Below are positions 35,411-45,692 of a stretch of DNA of 64,000 nucleotides, in pieces. The notes under the pieces were generated by a model. The model did no database searches and was not told the DNA's origin. It saw only the letters and a list, made by a program, of their open reading frames with translations. Made by a program: the position numbers and the translations under genes. Every line of letters begins with the position of its first letter. The first letter of the stretch is position 1. Source of the DNA: an uncultured cyanobacterium (GTDB lineage Bacteria; Cyanobacteriota; Cyanobacteriia; Cyanobacteriales; CAWCAG01); contig CAWCAG010000001.1 in NCBI GenBank assembly GCA_963793425.1, positions 64,001-128,000 on the forward strand, in the 5' to 3' direction.

Positions 35411-36244
35411 TTAGCAATTAGTAACTAGATTAATTATCGTTACTTCCGGAGGACAAAACAAGCGTCCTGGGGAGTAGCTGCCTAAGCCGCGATTAACATA
35501 GAGTTGATTGTTACCTAATTTATGGAATCCTTGACTCCATTGCCAGTTTTTAAAAACACGGGAACAGTTTTTAAAATAGGGTATATAATTCCTTATTGGT
35601 GATGGTAAGCTTTGTCCCCATTCTGTTATTAAACGAGGAAAAGGGCCAACTCCAGGAATCACTATTTGCCCTCCGTGGGTATGGCCAGAAAGCTGTAAAT
35701 CTACACGCCATTTTTGTAAGGCTTGGGCAGAATCTGGATTGTGGGATAAAACTAGGCGTGGTATCTCTGGGTTTAATTGCTTCATTATAGGTTCTGGCTT
35801 GAATTCCTGCGACCAAAAATCAGCTAATCCAACAATCGGTAATTCTTGACCGAAAGGATAAGCAATTTCATTCCACAAAACTGTAATACCAATGCTGGTT
35901 AAACTCTCTTTAATTAACTTTCTAGATAGAGGCCAATAGTTGTCATGGTTGCCTAAACAAGCGTAGATTCCTAAACGACTTTGTAATTGTTTGAGGTGTA
36001 ATACTAAATTGTTGATGGGAGTAGGAGAATCGGTAACATAATCCCCGGTGAGCAAGATAATGTCGGGCTTTTCGGCGTTAGTTATGGCAATGGCTTCTGT
36101 TAGCAACTTTTCTGAAAGCCGACAACCATCATAGTGAAAATCAGAGAGTTGAACTAATTTTGTCCCTGATAGTCGAGGAGGTAAATCTGCGATCGCAACA
36201 TTTATTCTTTCTATGCTTAAGGGTTCAGTTATAATTAATTGCAC
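35411..36244 (-). CDS. Metallophosphoesterase (YkuE-like)
   Basis: SDFH, TGD, GNHD, LSHNPD and SGHTHGGQ. Confidence 0.9.
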   Translation of the reverse strand: MQLIITEPLSIERINVAIADLPPRLSGTKLVQLSDFHYDGCRLSEKLLTEAIAITNAEKPDIILLTGDYVTDSPTPINNLVLHLKQLQSRLGIYACLGNHDNYWPLSRKLIKESLTSIGITVLWNEIAYPFGQELPIVGLADFWSQEFKPEPIMKQLNPEIPRLVLSHNPDSAQALQKWRVDLQLSGHTHGGQIVIPGVGPFPRLITEWGQSLPSPIRNYIPYFKNCSRVFKNWQWSQGFHKLGNNQLYVNRGLGSYSPGRLFCPPEVTIINLVTNC

Positions 36245-36268
36245 AGGATAATCTACCTATTACTTAAA

Positions 36269-37669
36269 TTAGATTTCCAATTCAGCTAATTGTTTAGTGA
36301 CTTCCTTTCCTAAAGCTTCCCAAGCAATTTCTATTTGTTTTCCTGTTCTCAAATTCTTCAAACCACACTTTTGCGCCGCAGCTTCTTCTGAACCAATAAT
36401 CACGCAAAAAGGTATACCCCGTTTATCCGCTTGCTGTAACTGTTTGCCGACACCGCGCTTCTCAAAACTGGTAATGACACTTAATCCTTCCTGGCGCAAT
36501 TTCTGAGAAACTTTGAGATACAAAGGCATTAAATCTTCTTGCATATTAACTACCATTACCTGGGCAGGGGTAGCAGCTAATGGTTCCATAATTTCAGCTT
36601 TAAGCAAACGACTCATTAACCTAGTTAAACCAATGGAAATGCCTACTCCTGGCATTTTTTCTCCCACAAACATTCCCACTAATTCTTCATACCTACCCCC
36701 AGAACAAATACTGCCTAATTCTTCATTTCCTACCAAACTGGTTTCATAAACTGTACCTGTGTAATAGTTTAGTCCTCTGGCAATGGCTAAATCGAGGCAA
36801 AAGTACTTTTCGGCGACTCCTAAGTTGCGAACGTTGATAACTACGGTTTCTAATTCAGTAATACCTATTTTAAGTATTTCAGAATTATCGCTATTTTGAG
36901 CAATATTTCTTAGTTTTTCTAAAACTTCATCAACGCTACCTTTAACTTGAGTAAAAGCTAAAACCTGCTCTACTTGCTCCTCATTTAAACCTTCTTCTTC
37001 TAAAGCTTTTTCGACTTTTGTTGGGCCAATCTTTTCTGCTGCATCAATGATCCGAATACAGGCAATAATTTGTTCCTGGGCTACTTTTATAGCTTGAAAG
37101 AAACCTGTCAAAACTTTGCGATTATTGATCCGAATTAAAAAATCGCCAATATCAATCGCCGTGAAAATTTCGGTGATAATAGCAGGGATTTGAGCATCGT
37201 AAAGTAAACTTAATTTATTCCTGCCCACCACATCAATATCACACTGCCGAAATTGGCGATAGCGTCCATCTTTAGCCCTTTCCCCCCGAAATACCATATC
37301 CATTTGATAGCGGGCAAAAGGAAAGTTTAATTCGTTAAGATGGCGGGCAATATAGGCAGCTAAGGGAACGGTTTGGTCAAATTTTAAAGCCCGTTCCTCA
37401 GAACTAGAATTTCCGGCTTGCTCTTGCTCTGCTTGACGAAGGGGGGGCAAAATGGGGTTTAAACCATAGATGATATTATCCCCTTGATTTCCCTTAGCTT
37501 GGAGTACTTCGAGGCGTTCCACAGCAGGAGTTTCAATGGGGGTAAAGCCATAGCGCTCAAAAACTTGGCGTATGGTATCTAATAAATAAAGTTCTAGACG
37601 TTTTTCCTCTGGAAGAAATTCAGGAAAGCCACTAGGACAAGAATAATTGATTTTATCAGCCTTTGCCAT
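36269..37669 (-). CDS. hisS: Histidine--tRNA ligase
   Basis: FRGER...RYRQFRQCDID, ARGLNYYTG, SGGRY and an anticodon-binding domain. Confidence 0.95.
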   Translation of the reverse strand: MAKADKINYSCPSGFPEFLPEEKRLELYLLDTIRQVFERYGFTPIETPAVERLEVLQAKGNQGDNIIYGLNPILPPLRQAEQEQAGNSSSEERALKFDQTVPLAAYIARHLNELNFPFARYQMDMVFRGERAKDGRYRQFRQCDIDVVGRNKLSLLYDAQIPAIITEIFTAIDIGDFLIRINNRKVLTGFFQAIKVAQEQIIACIRIIDAAEKIGPTKVEKALEEEGLNEEQVEQVLAFTQVKGSVDEVLEKLRNIAQNSDNSEILKIGITELETVVINVRNLGVAEKYFCLDLAIARGLNYYTGTVYETSLVGNEELGSICSGGRYEELVGMFVGEKMPGVGISIGLTRLMSRLLKAEIMEPLAATPAQVMVVNMQEDLMPLYLKVSQKLRQEGLSVITSFEKRGVGKQLQQADKRGIPFCVIIGSEEAAAQKCGLKNLRTGKQIEIAWEALGKEVTKQLAELEI

Positions 37670-37775
37670 TTGGTAGTTAGTTATTGGTCATTTATTATTA
37701 GTTACTTTTTAAGCAAGTAGAGGAGATAGTGAGAAATAAGACAATTAGCGATTAGCTATTAGCAACTAGCAAAGT

Positions 37776-38738
37776 CTATTTCTTCCTACCAAATAAGCCT
37801 CCAAATCTTCCTCCAGATTTATTATCTCCTGAAGTATTTTTAGAACTGCTATTAGTCTTTTTGCTGCTAGCTTGTCCACCATCCATTTTATCTAAAAGTT
37901 TCTTACCTTTAACACCATTAGGATCATTAGGACTTATTTTCAAGGCTTTATTAATATAAACTTTGGCCATGCCCATTTGCTTTTGTTGCAAATAAATTAA
38001 GCCCAATAAGCTATTACAAGGAGCATCGTTCGGTTCTAGTTTCAAGCCATCCCGCAATTCCAAAACAGCTTTACTATAATTCTTTTTGGTAATATATTCT
38101 TGAGCGCGGCGTACATAAGGCTCTGACCTAGAAGTTGGTACTTTTTTCTCTGTGTTTCCTCCCTTACCGGCAGGTTTTCCCTGTCCCATAGGCGGTTTTC
38201 TCGCCCCTACCGTTGAAGCTGTAGTTCCTGTAGTTCCTCCTCCAGTCCTAACACCTTTACCCTGCTTCTTCATTAAGTAAACCATGTTCAGTTCACTAAT
38301 TTGAGCAATTTTGCTAGCAATTTCCCCTAGACTTTGGTACTGCTCTTTGGCTAAGGTTTGTAGCTGTTGCTTGTAAACACTATCTAAGTTGTTACCAGCC
38401 TTAGAAAGTTCCTTTGCTCCTTCGCTAGACAAAGAGATTTTTCCTCCCTCAGTGGCTAGACGTTGCCCCATCTGAGAAAGGACTAGTTGGTACTCTGCAC
38501 GAGAGTCTTCTTTAGATAATTTCTCGTAAGCAGGATTAACTAACTTTGATAATAATTCGCTAGCTTGCTTTTTCTCCGCTTCGTTTTCAGCCTTACAGCT
38601 ATCCGGGTGCAAATTTCGAGCTACTTTTAGATATCTTTTACGTACTTGTTTGGCATCTGCGGTAAGAGGTAACCCCAAAACAGCATGATAGTCGGTAAGA
38701 TCGTATTTAAAAAGTCCTTGCTCAATTTTTAAAGACAT
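37776..38738 (-). CDS. J-domain protein with C-terminal TPR
   Basis: DYHAVLG...LHPD J domain and C-terminal TPR helices. Confidence 0.88.
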   Translation of the reverse strand: MSLKIEQGLFKYDLTDYHAVLGLPLTADAKQVRKRYLKVARNLHPDSCKAENEAEKKQASELLSKLVNPAYEKLSKEDSRAEYQLVLSQMGQRLATEGGKISLSSEGAKELSKAGNNLDSVYKQQLQTLAKEQYQSLGEIASKIAQISELNMVYLMKKQGKGVRTGGGTTGTTASTVGARKPPMGQGKPAGKGGNTEKKVPTSRSEPYVRRAQEYITKKNYSKAVLELRDGLKLEPNDAPCNSLLGLIYLQQKQMGMAKVYINKALKISPNDPNGVKGKKLLDKMDGGQASSKKTNSSSKNTSGDNKSGGRFGGLFGRKK

Positions 38739-39107
38739 AAACTTCTACACCATCTCCTTGCTGAAATAATTCCTTAATTTTTGTGTTAGCTCGATTGCTA
38801 GTCTTGTAAGCTGTAGCAGCCTTCAAAAAACTTACTTAATAAAGATAATAGCTAATTTAATCTGTTTCCTTGTGCTTGGGGACACCTTTTTCTTAGGATA
38901 CCTAATTTTAATTAAGAAAATCCTCTCCCAGACAGAATCTACACGAGTTCTTCATTAAGGCTTCATTAATACTTTAAGAATAGAGATATCCCTTAGTTAG
39001 TTTAACTAATATAGTCATTTCAATTTAGATTGAGACCAACTTTTCTTACTGTGAGTAGAGATACAAATGAAAAAGTGTCTCATTCTTATTTAGAACAACT
39101 ATAAATA

Positions 39108-39944
39108 CTAACCTTTGGGGTTTGCCCAATCTGATAAAGGTGGTGCTTCTTGCAAAGCTTGGCTAAGTTGAGGGTGCAAAATGCCATTGGTTGCTAAAAT
39201 TCGACCAGAGTTAAGTTCCCAAGGACTGCCATCGTAAGCGGTGACTTTTCCTCCTGCTTCTTGCACCAAAACTATACCCGCAGCAACATCCCAAAGTTTG
39301 ATACCCCTTTCCCAATAACCATCAAGACGACCGCAAGCAACATCGCATAAATCAAGGGCCGCAGAGCCGCTACGCCTTACTCCTTGGGTTAAATGAGTTA
39401 AGTGGCAAAACTCTGCATAATTATTATCTGCTGTTTCCGTGCGATCATAAGCAAAACCACTTACTAGTAAACTCTGCCTCAATTGAGACACACCAGAGAT
39501 TTGAATGGGGCGATAATTACAACTAGCACCCAATCCTGTAGCAGCACGAAAAAGCTCTTTACGAAAAGGATTGTAGATAGCCCCAACTTGAGGTACTCCT
39601 TCAATCAGCAACCCCACAGAGACGCAAGAAACAGGATACTGGTGGGCATAATTGGTTGTACCATCTAAAGGATCTACTGCCCAAAGATACTTACTTTTGC
39701 TGGTATTAATCTCCCCAGATTCTTCTGTTAGGATGGGATGATCTGGGGTGCGATCGCCTAAAACCTTAAGAATTTCTACCTCTGCGGCTTTATCTGCTTC
39801 TGTCACTAAATCTCCAGAACGCCCTTTTTCTTCAATAAAGTTTAGGTTTCCCCAATAATCTTCTAAAATTGCCCCAGCAGCGTGTACTGCTTCTGTGGCA
39901 ATATCAAGGAAAATTGCTAACTGTTCGGAAGATGTTTGAGACAT
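39108..39944 (-). CDS. Inositol monophosphatase family protein (SuhB-like)
   Basis: DLVTEAD, DPLDGTTNY, GSAALD and WDVAAG. Start set at ATG 39944. Confidence 0.9.
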   Translation of the reverse strand: MSQTSSEQLAIFLDIATEAVHAAGAILEDYWGNLNFIEEKGRSGDLVTEADKAAEVEILKVLGDRTPDHPILTEESGEINTSKSKYLWAVDPLDGTTNYAHQYPVSCVSVGLLIEGVPQVGAIYNPFRKELFRAATGLGASCNYRPIQISGVSQLRQSLLVSGFAYDRTETADNNYAEFCHLTHLTQGVRRSGSAALDLCDVACGRLDGYWERGIKLWDVAAGIVLVQEAGGKVTAYDGSPWELNSGRILATNGILHPQLSQALQEAPPLSDWANPKG

Positions 39945-40004
39945 AGTAGGCTGTTGAGTATTTAATGGGAACTGTAGTCTATTTAGCCATAATCTACCAA
40001 TCTC

Positions 40005-40153
40005 ATGATCATTCAAGCGATTACAAAGCCTTTAACCTTTGAAGAATTCTTAGTTTGGGATAAGAACGAGTTGAATCAGGGCTTTTTCCTGAGCTTAACC
40101 TCTCAGCAAAGCAAATTTTTGCTCCGGGGCATTTAAACGACACGGGTATTTGA
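40005..40153 (+). pseudogene. Internally deleted Uma2-family (DUF820) endonuclease remnant
   Basis: ATG at 40005 gives MIIQAITKPLTFEEFLVWD (Uma2-like N-terminus), joined out of frame to ERVESGLFPELNLSAKQIFAPG (Uma2-like C-terminus). Confidence 0.7.
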
Positions 40154-40732
40154 TTATTCCCAAATGACTTGCAATTCCAAAACAAAACCGGGCAAAATAT
40201 CCTCCCCTGACAAACTCGTCGGATTATCCAAAGCCTCTTTAGTTTCTCCTTGGCGATAAATTTCAACTTGGTGAGTTTGAGGATTAATCAACCAACCTAA
40301 CTTCACCCCATTATTCATGTACTCCTCCATCTTTTTTCGAATACTAGTTAAAGTATCGCTAGGGGACATCAACTCTAAGACAAAGTCTGGGGCAATGGGG
40401 GGAAACTTCTCTTTTTCTTTAGTAGTTAAAGCATCCCATCTTGACTGTTTAATCCAAGAGACATCAGGGGAACGGTTTGCACCATTAGGTAAACGGAAAC
40501 AAGTAGAGGAATCAAAACAAACTCCTAACTTGGTTTGACGATTCCAAAATACAAAATCAGCATTGATTTCTGAGTTATATTTGCCAGTTTCTCCACCTGT
40601 CGGGGGCATAATAATTATCTCTCTGGTAACATTGCGCTCAAACTTAATATCAGGATTGGCACGACAGAGATTATAAAACGTTTCGTCATCAATTTGACTG
40701 ATAGGAGCAAAATCAATTGTGTAAGCAGTCAT
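40154..40732 (-). CDS. Uma2 (DUF820) family endonuclease
   Basis: PPTGG, FDSST, RSPDVSW, PDFVLELMSPSD and LGWLINP. Confidence 0.92.
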   Translation of the reverse strand: MTAYTIDFAPISQIDDETFYNLCRANPDIKFERNVTREIIIMPPTGGETGKYNSEINADFVFWNRQTKLGVCFDSSTCFRLPNGANRSPDVSWIKQSRWDALTTKEKEKFPPIAPDFVLELMSPSDTLTSIRKKMEEYMNNGVKLGWLINPQTHQVEIYRQGETKEALDNPTSLSGEDILPGFVLELQVIWE

Positions 40733-40814
40733 TTTATCTAGATAAAGAGTTGGTTTAAGTTTAATTTAACTGCTAAGCAAGTTAGGGCGCAGACATACGC
40801 GCCCTGATAAAAAA

Positions 40815-41498
40815 CTAACCGCCTCTAAGAGATGTCGAACCTTCAGGACATTCAATCTGACCGTCTTCCCCTGGTGCTTTTGGCATAGCTGGGGGCTTGT
40901 CAGAAGGCTCGTCAGTTTCACAAATTCCCGGTACAGGAGCGCTTTCTCCGTTAACTTCAATCACAAAAATTGCTCCGGTGTAACTTTTTAAAGCCTCATC
41001 TTTCGCCTTAGCTGTTACCATCACACTTTTATCATCTTGAGGATTAATTTCATACTGGAAATTATCTGTTTCCGATTCAATTTGCAAGCCTAACTCCTCA
41101 AAGCTACTACCGAACTTGTTATTCTGTAAATAATAAGCTTGTTGAGCCTGTAACAATGAAGCTACAAGAGTTCTGCCTTCACTTTGTTTAGCTTGTTCTT
41201 CTAAGTTAATAACTTCTGTCCCTTCAGGCAAATCTGTCTCCTCAGAAACCTTTTCCAAAGGAATTTCGTAAGCAACAGATTCACCTTCTGGTGCCTGTCC
41301 TTCGGGGGGAACGACAAATACCTTCCCTTCAGGAGAAAGAATAATTTTAATCTCTTCTTTGGTTGTTGGTTCGGTAAATTGCCAAGTACCCTGCCATTCT
41401 TTACCAGATTGGCAGCCAGCAATGCTCAAAACACTCACGGCTAAACCGCAAAAGATTGAGGCACGGGATAAAGATAAAGACCGCAAAAAATTAGACAA
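40815..41498 (-). CDS. Lipoprotein with a type IV pilin-like G/H domain
   Basis: Lipobox IAGC. The segment AKQSEGR...AQQAYY...LKSYTG...ICE...CP is Pilin_GH-like. TTG start. Confidence 0.75.
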   Translation of the reverse strand: MSNFLRSLSLSRASIFCGLAVSVLSIAGCQSGKEWQGTWQFTEPTTKEEIKIILSPEGKVFVVPPEGQAPEGESVAYEIPLEKVSEETDLPEGTEVINLEEQAKQSEGRTLVASLLQAQQAYYLQNNKFGSSFEELGLQIESETDNFQYEINPQDDKSVMVTAKAKDEALKSYTGAIFVIEVNGESAPVPGICETDEPSDKPPAMPKAPGEDGQIECPEGSTSLRGG

Positions 41499-41506
41499 GA
41501 TTTTAT

Positions 41507-41803
41507 TTAAGTTTTAAGTTTACATCTAGAAGGATAATAGATTTGACGCATTTTGCTGTGATTGAGTTGCGAGTAAACCTTTTTAGAAGCAATTAAGGGT
41601 TTGAGACAATGAAGGGTCATTGATATTGGCCTATTCAAGATTTGGCTAACTTCTTGTAAGGTAAGACCTTGAGGATGAGATTGAATTAAGGTCAATATCT
41701 TTTCTGTAGTTGTTGGGCCAGGAGTGGGGTGGATAATACGAATAGTGGTCAAGGTTTTCACACTTAGAGTAATTATTTGTGGAACTGTTGGTTTGTGCTG
41801 CAC
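41507..41803 (-). CDS. Small winged-helix hypothetical protein (start uncertain, possibly GTG 41761)
   Basis: KILTLIQSHPQGLTLQEVSQILNRPISM fits an HTH pattern. Confidence 0.55.
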   Translation of the reverse strand: MQHKPTVPQIITLSVKTLTTIRIIHPTPGPTTTEKILTLIQSHPQGLTLQEVSQILNRPISMTLHCLKPLIASKKVYSQLNHSKMRQIYYPSRCKLKT

Positions 41804-42008
41804 CCTAATCTGTGAATTTAACTTTTGTAACCCTGATGAATTACTTAATATTTCTATAATATTCTTCTTGATTTTTCTCTACTCAACCGGATTTTTTCTC
41901 TAAGCTGTTAAGCAAAACCAATATTTTTAATTACTTTGATAGCTAAACGTTAAAGTAGAATTTGCAAGGTAATTTTTCCCTGGCTAATCAATTGCTTCAG
42001 AACAGATC

Positions 42009-42644
42009 ATGACTAACGCTGCTTCTACCTTCACCAGTGATTTATGGGACTGGAATTTGACTAGTCCCCAACCAAACCAAGATACTGAACTACTGAAGCA
42101 GCTATGCTTTATCCCTGGGCTTAAAGAAGTTCTGATGGTGCGTCAAGTTCATGCCTTAGAACATGGAACTGTTTGGGTTCTCAGTGAAAATCAAAATTTC
42201 CTCCCTCAAGATACTCATCAAGCAGATAATGAAGCCTTGGGAGGTCTTTCTACTGAAACAGGTTTTTATTTATACGGTCAAGTTAACCTTTCTAAGCTCA
42301 AAAGAGCCGTTAGCTTAGCCCTGAAGCGCTTGAAACAAGGAGAATGGGATTTAGCAATCCATCCTCGTTGCGGTACAAACCTATCTGTGACGATGGTTTT
42401 AACCGCAGGTATGGTTTTGGGTACTCATCTCCTTTTGCCACGAGGCCCCATAGAACAACTTCTTGGTTTAAGTGTTGCTACCACAACCGCAGCACAATTA
42501 GCTCCGGATTTGGGAAGTCTTGTGCAAAGATATATAACTACTGCTGTCCCCTTTAATTTAGAGGTGGTAGAAATAGCTCAAACCAAAGATAAATGGGGGC
42601 GTTCAGCACATTTTATTCGTGTCAAATGGCGAGACTTGCAATAA
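42009..42644 (+). CDS. DUF6391 family protein
   Basis: RQVHALEH...GF...LAIHPRCGTN. Confidence 0.75.
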   Translation: MTNAASTFTSDLWDWNLTSPQPNQDTELLKQLCFIPGLKEVLMVRQVHALEHGTVWVLSENQNFLPQDTHQADNEALGGLSTETGFYLYGQVNLSKLKRAVSLALKRLKQGEWDLAIHPRCGTNLSVTMVLTAGMVLGTHLLLPRGPIEQLLGLSVATTTAAQLAPDLGSLVQRYITTAVPFNLEVVEIAQTKDKWGRSAHFIRVKWRDLQ

Positions 42645-42726
42645 AACTTAAAGCTCTATTTGCACAGCGAATCCCAATAAAATAGTACGCTTTGATTTAA
42701 AAGATATATAAAAAAGGAGAACACTT

Positions 42727-43080
42727 GTGGTTCAACGTGGCTCTAAAGTAAGGATTCTTCGTGAAGAGTCCTATTGGTATAGAGATGTAGGAACTGTTGC
42801 TTCTGTAGATAAAAGCGGCATCAGATATCCTGTCATCGTTCGTTTTGATAAAGTTAACTACACCGGAATAACCACCAATAACTTCGCTCCTGAAGAGGTA
42901 GAAGAAATTGGCGCTCCTAGCGGTAAATCTAAGTCAAAATCTAAGCAAGCAACCCCTGCACCTCAGCGTACTACTGGCGAAGGACAAACTAAGTCCAAAA
43001 AACCTGCTGCACCAGAAACTGCTGGCGGCGGTAGCAAGACTGTAGAAGGTGATCCTAACCAAGGAACAGAACCTCGCTAG
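42727..43080 (+). CDS. psaE: Photosystem I subunit IV with a C-terminal extension
   Basis: [15 protein letters not shown]...[12 protein letters not shown]...TNNF; GGAG RBS and GTG start. Confidence 0.93.
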   Translation: MVQRGSKVRILREESYWYRDVGTVASVDKSGIRYPVIVRFDKVNYTGITTNNFAPEEVEEIGAPSGKSKSKSKQATPAPQRTTGEGQTKSKKPAAPETAGGGSKTVEGDPNQGTEPR

Positions 43081-43083
43081 ATA

Positions 43084-43923
43084 GTGCCAGAATTACCGGA
43101 AGTTGAAACAGTCCGTAAAGGATTAAATCAACTCACTTTGCAACAAGAGATTAAGGGTGGGGAAGTGCTGCTGAAACGCAGCCTTGCCTACCCCGTTTCT
43201 GTACCTGAATTTTGGTCAGGATTGGAAGGGGTTGGAATCGCAAGTTGGCAAAGGCGGGGTAAATATTTACTCGCTCAACTTGACAATTCTGCTTATCTTG
43301 GGGTTCATTTACGCATGACAGGGCAACTTTTGTGGGTAAAGCAAACTGAACCCCTACAAAAACATACCCGCATCAGAATTTTTGTGGGAGATGAAAAAGA
43401 GTTACGTTTTGTGGATATTCGCACTTTCGGTAAAGTTTGGTTAGTGCCTCCCGGACAGGAAATAACTAAGATTATTACCGGGTTACAAAAACTAGGCCCC
43501 GAACCCTTCGATCCTGAATTTTCTTGCCAGTATTTAGGGGGAAAATTGCAGAAGACAGGGCGTTCTATTAAAGTTGCTCTTTTAGACCAGGGAATTGTTG
43601 CCGGAATTGGTAATATTTATGCTGATGAAGCCCTCTTTAAAAGCGGTATTCGTCCAGAAACTATTGCTAAGGATTTAAGTTTTGCTCAAGTTACCAGCTT
43701 ACATCGAGCTATTGTTGAAGTTTTGCAAACAGCTATTGACAAAGGTGGCACAACCTTTAGCGATTTTCTCAATTTGTTAGGAGTAAGCGGTAACTACGGG
43801 GATCAGGCCCTGGTTTATGGCAGAAAAGGGGAACCTTGCCGGTTGTGCAGTACAACCATCGAACGTATAAAGTTAGGAGGGCGTTCTGCTCATTTTTGTC
43901 CTCGTTGTCAAAAAAAAGGCTAG
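43084..43923 (+). CDS. mutM: Formamidopyrimidine-DNA glycosylase
   Basis: MPELPEVE, HLRMTG, GIGNIYADE and a C-terminal zinc finger. Confidence 0.97.
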   Translation: MPELPEVETVRKGLNQLTLQQEIKGGEVLLKRSLAYPVSVPEFWSGLEGVGIASWQRRGKYLLAQLDNSAYLGVHLRMTGQLLWVKQTEPLQKHTRIRIFVGDEKELRFVDIRTFGKVWLVPPGQEITKIITGLQKLGPEPFDPEFSCQYLGGKLQKTGRSIKVALLDQGIVAGIGNIYADEALFKSGIRPETIAKDLSFAQVTSLHRAIVEVLQTAIDKGGTTFSDFLNLLGVSGNYGDQALVYGRKGEPCRLCSTTIERIKLGGRSAHFCPRCQKKG

Positions 43924-44097
43924 GAGGCTAGGGGGCTTGAGGGCTGGGGAATTAGAGAGAAAACTATTAGCCATTAGCAATTAGTAATTAACCATTAGTC
44001 AATAGTAATTAGCCAAAAGGCCACCCAAACTGTAAGCTATTGAAGTATGTCCAAATTAGTCCAGTAAACATAAATTAGGTTCTTCTAGCTTAAGCTT

Positions 44098-44316
44098 ATG
44101 GCAGGCAAGATTAAAAAAGGTTCCTTGGTTCGTGCAGTAGAAGAAAAACTAGCTAATAGTCTCGAAGCGACAGCTAGTGATACTCGGTTTCCTCCTTACA
44201 TATTTGAGAGTAAGGGAGAAGTTGTGGAAATTAATGAAGATTATGCTTTCGTGAAATTCTACGTCCCAACCCCAAATATCTGGTTCCGCATTGACCAGTT
44301 GGAGCTAGCGGAGTAA
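44098..44316 (+). CDS. ndhO: NDH-1 subunit O
   Basis: KKGSLVR...[18 protein letters not shown]...VPTPNIW. Confidence 0.92.
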   Translation: MAGKIKKGSLVRAVEEKLANSLEATASDTRFPPYIFESKGEVVEINEDYAFVKFYVPTPNIWFRIDQLELAE

Positions 44317-44332
44317 TTATTTAGTTACAATC

Positions 44333-45301
44333 ATGAATTCTTCCCCTAATTCCCTACCTAACCATAGCGCCGCCCTAGTCTCTATCATTGGGGCTGGTAA
44401 AGTGGGTAGCACCCTCGCCCAGAGAATTATCGAAAAAAACTTAGCAGATGTTGTCTTATTAGATATTGTAGAGGGTTTGCCCCAAGGCATTGCCCTCGAT
44501 CTAATGTCATCTCAAGGGTTAGAATTACATGATTGCACCATAACTGGTAGCAACGACTACAGCGACACAGCAAATTCTGATGTTGTTGTCATTACTGCTG
44601 GCTTCCCTCGTAGGCCAGGGATGGATCGCGATGATTTAATTAAGAGTAATGCCAGAATAGTTACTGATGCAGCTAGGCAAGCGATCGCTCATTCTCCTGA
44701 TGCTTTGGTTATTGTGGTAACAAATCCTTTAGATGTCATGACTTATATGGCTTGGAAGGCGACGAATCTTCCGGTGCAAAGGGTTATGGGCATGGCTGGA
44801 GTTCTTGATTCTTCTCGTCTGCAAACCTTTATCGCCATGGAGCTAAAAGTTGCTGTCAGCAATGTTAGCGCTATGGTTTTGGGTAGCCACGGAGACTTGA
44901 TGGTTCCTTTGCCCAAGTACTGCACCGTGAGCGGCATTCCTATCGCTGAAATGCTAGATGAAGTAACTATCAATAGATTAATAGAACGAACTCGCCACGG
45001 GGGAGCGGAAGTGGTTAAGCTACTAAAAACAGGAGGAGCTTACTTTGCCCCTGCTTCCTCTATTTGTTTGATGGTAGAATCCATCTTGCTCGATCAATCC
45101 CGCCTACTTCCTGGAGCAGTCTATTTACAAGGGGAATATGGCTTGAATGATATTTTCTTAGGGGTTCCTTTTCGTCTGGGAAGCCAAGGGGTAGAGAAAG
45201 TATTGGAGCTAAAATTAACTATGGCAGAACGTTCTGCCCTGCAAGTTTCTGCTGATGCAGTGAGGGAGAATATTCAAAAAGCAACCTCTTTTCTCTGTTA
45301 G
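44333..45301 (+). CDS. mdh: Malate dehydrogenase (LDH-like)
   Basis: GAGKVG, AGFPRRPGMDRDDL, VTNPLD and GSHGD. Confidence 0.93.
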   Translation: MNSSPNSLPNHSAALVSIIGAGKVGSTLAQRIIEKNLADVVLLDIVEGLPQGIALDLMSSQGLELHDCTITGSNDYSDTANSDVVVITAGFPRRPGMDRDDLIKSNARIVTDAARQAIAHSPDALVIVVTNPLDVMTYMAWKATNLPVQRVMGMAGVLDSSRLQTFIAMELKVAVSNVSAMVLGSHGDLMVPLPKYCTVSGIPIAEMLDEVTINRLIERTRHGGAEVVKLLKTGGAYFAPASSICLMVESILLDQSRLLPGAVYLQGEYGLNDIFLGVPFRLGSQGVEKVLELKLTMAERSALQVSADAVRENIQKATSFLC

Positions 45302-45310
45302 AAAATAAGA

Positions 45311-45337
45311 TAGAGACGTTCTGTCAGAACGTCTCTA
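45311..45337. repeat. REP-like palindrome TAGAGACGTTCT-N3-AGAACGTCTCTA between convergent mdh and psbY
   Basis: Perfect 12-bp stem; same family as 33464-33492. Confidence 0.75.
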
Positions 45338-45366
45338 CGGGCTTTTCCACTGTCAATTAGTTTTTT

Positions 45367-45486
45367 TTAGCTTTGTTTGTTCAAAAAACCTTGGGCTTGG
45401 CGCAGAGCGATAGCACCAACGTTATATAAAGCCCAACTTCCAGCCGCAATGACAGGGAGAAGAACAACTATAATTCGCCAATCCAT
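45367..45486 (-). CDS. psbY: Photosystem II protein Y (39 aa, not in the ORF track)
   Basis: Translates to [39 protein letters not shown], with purine-rich RBS-like sequence upstream. Confidence 0.92.
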   Translation of the reverse strand: MDWRIIVVLLPVIAAGSWALYNVGAIALRQAQGFLNKQS

Positions 45487-45692
45487 TTTTTCCTTCCTCT
45501 CTTATATTTCTTTGTTAAGTATTTTAAACGATTCTCATTTTTTCTGATCTGATTATATTGTCACCATAGTTAGGGATTTTTTTCAAGTAGGAATTTGCTT
45601 GTTCCCATAACCTAAATAAGAAATCTATACCTCTTTTTGAGTAACTATCTTATTTTAGATATAGAAAGTTTTGCAGAGATATAAAAACACTT

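Noticed and set aside
40021..40266. 81-aa minus-strand ORF
   Set aside because: It overlaps the Uma2 gene in another frame and is antisense to the Uma2 remnant, with no protein-like features.
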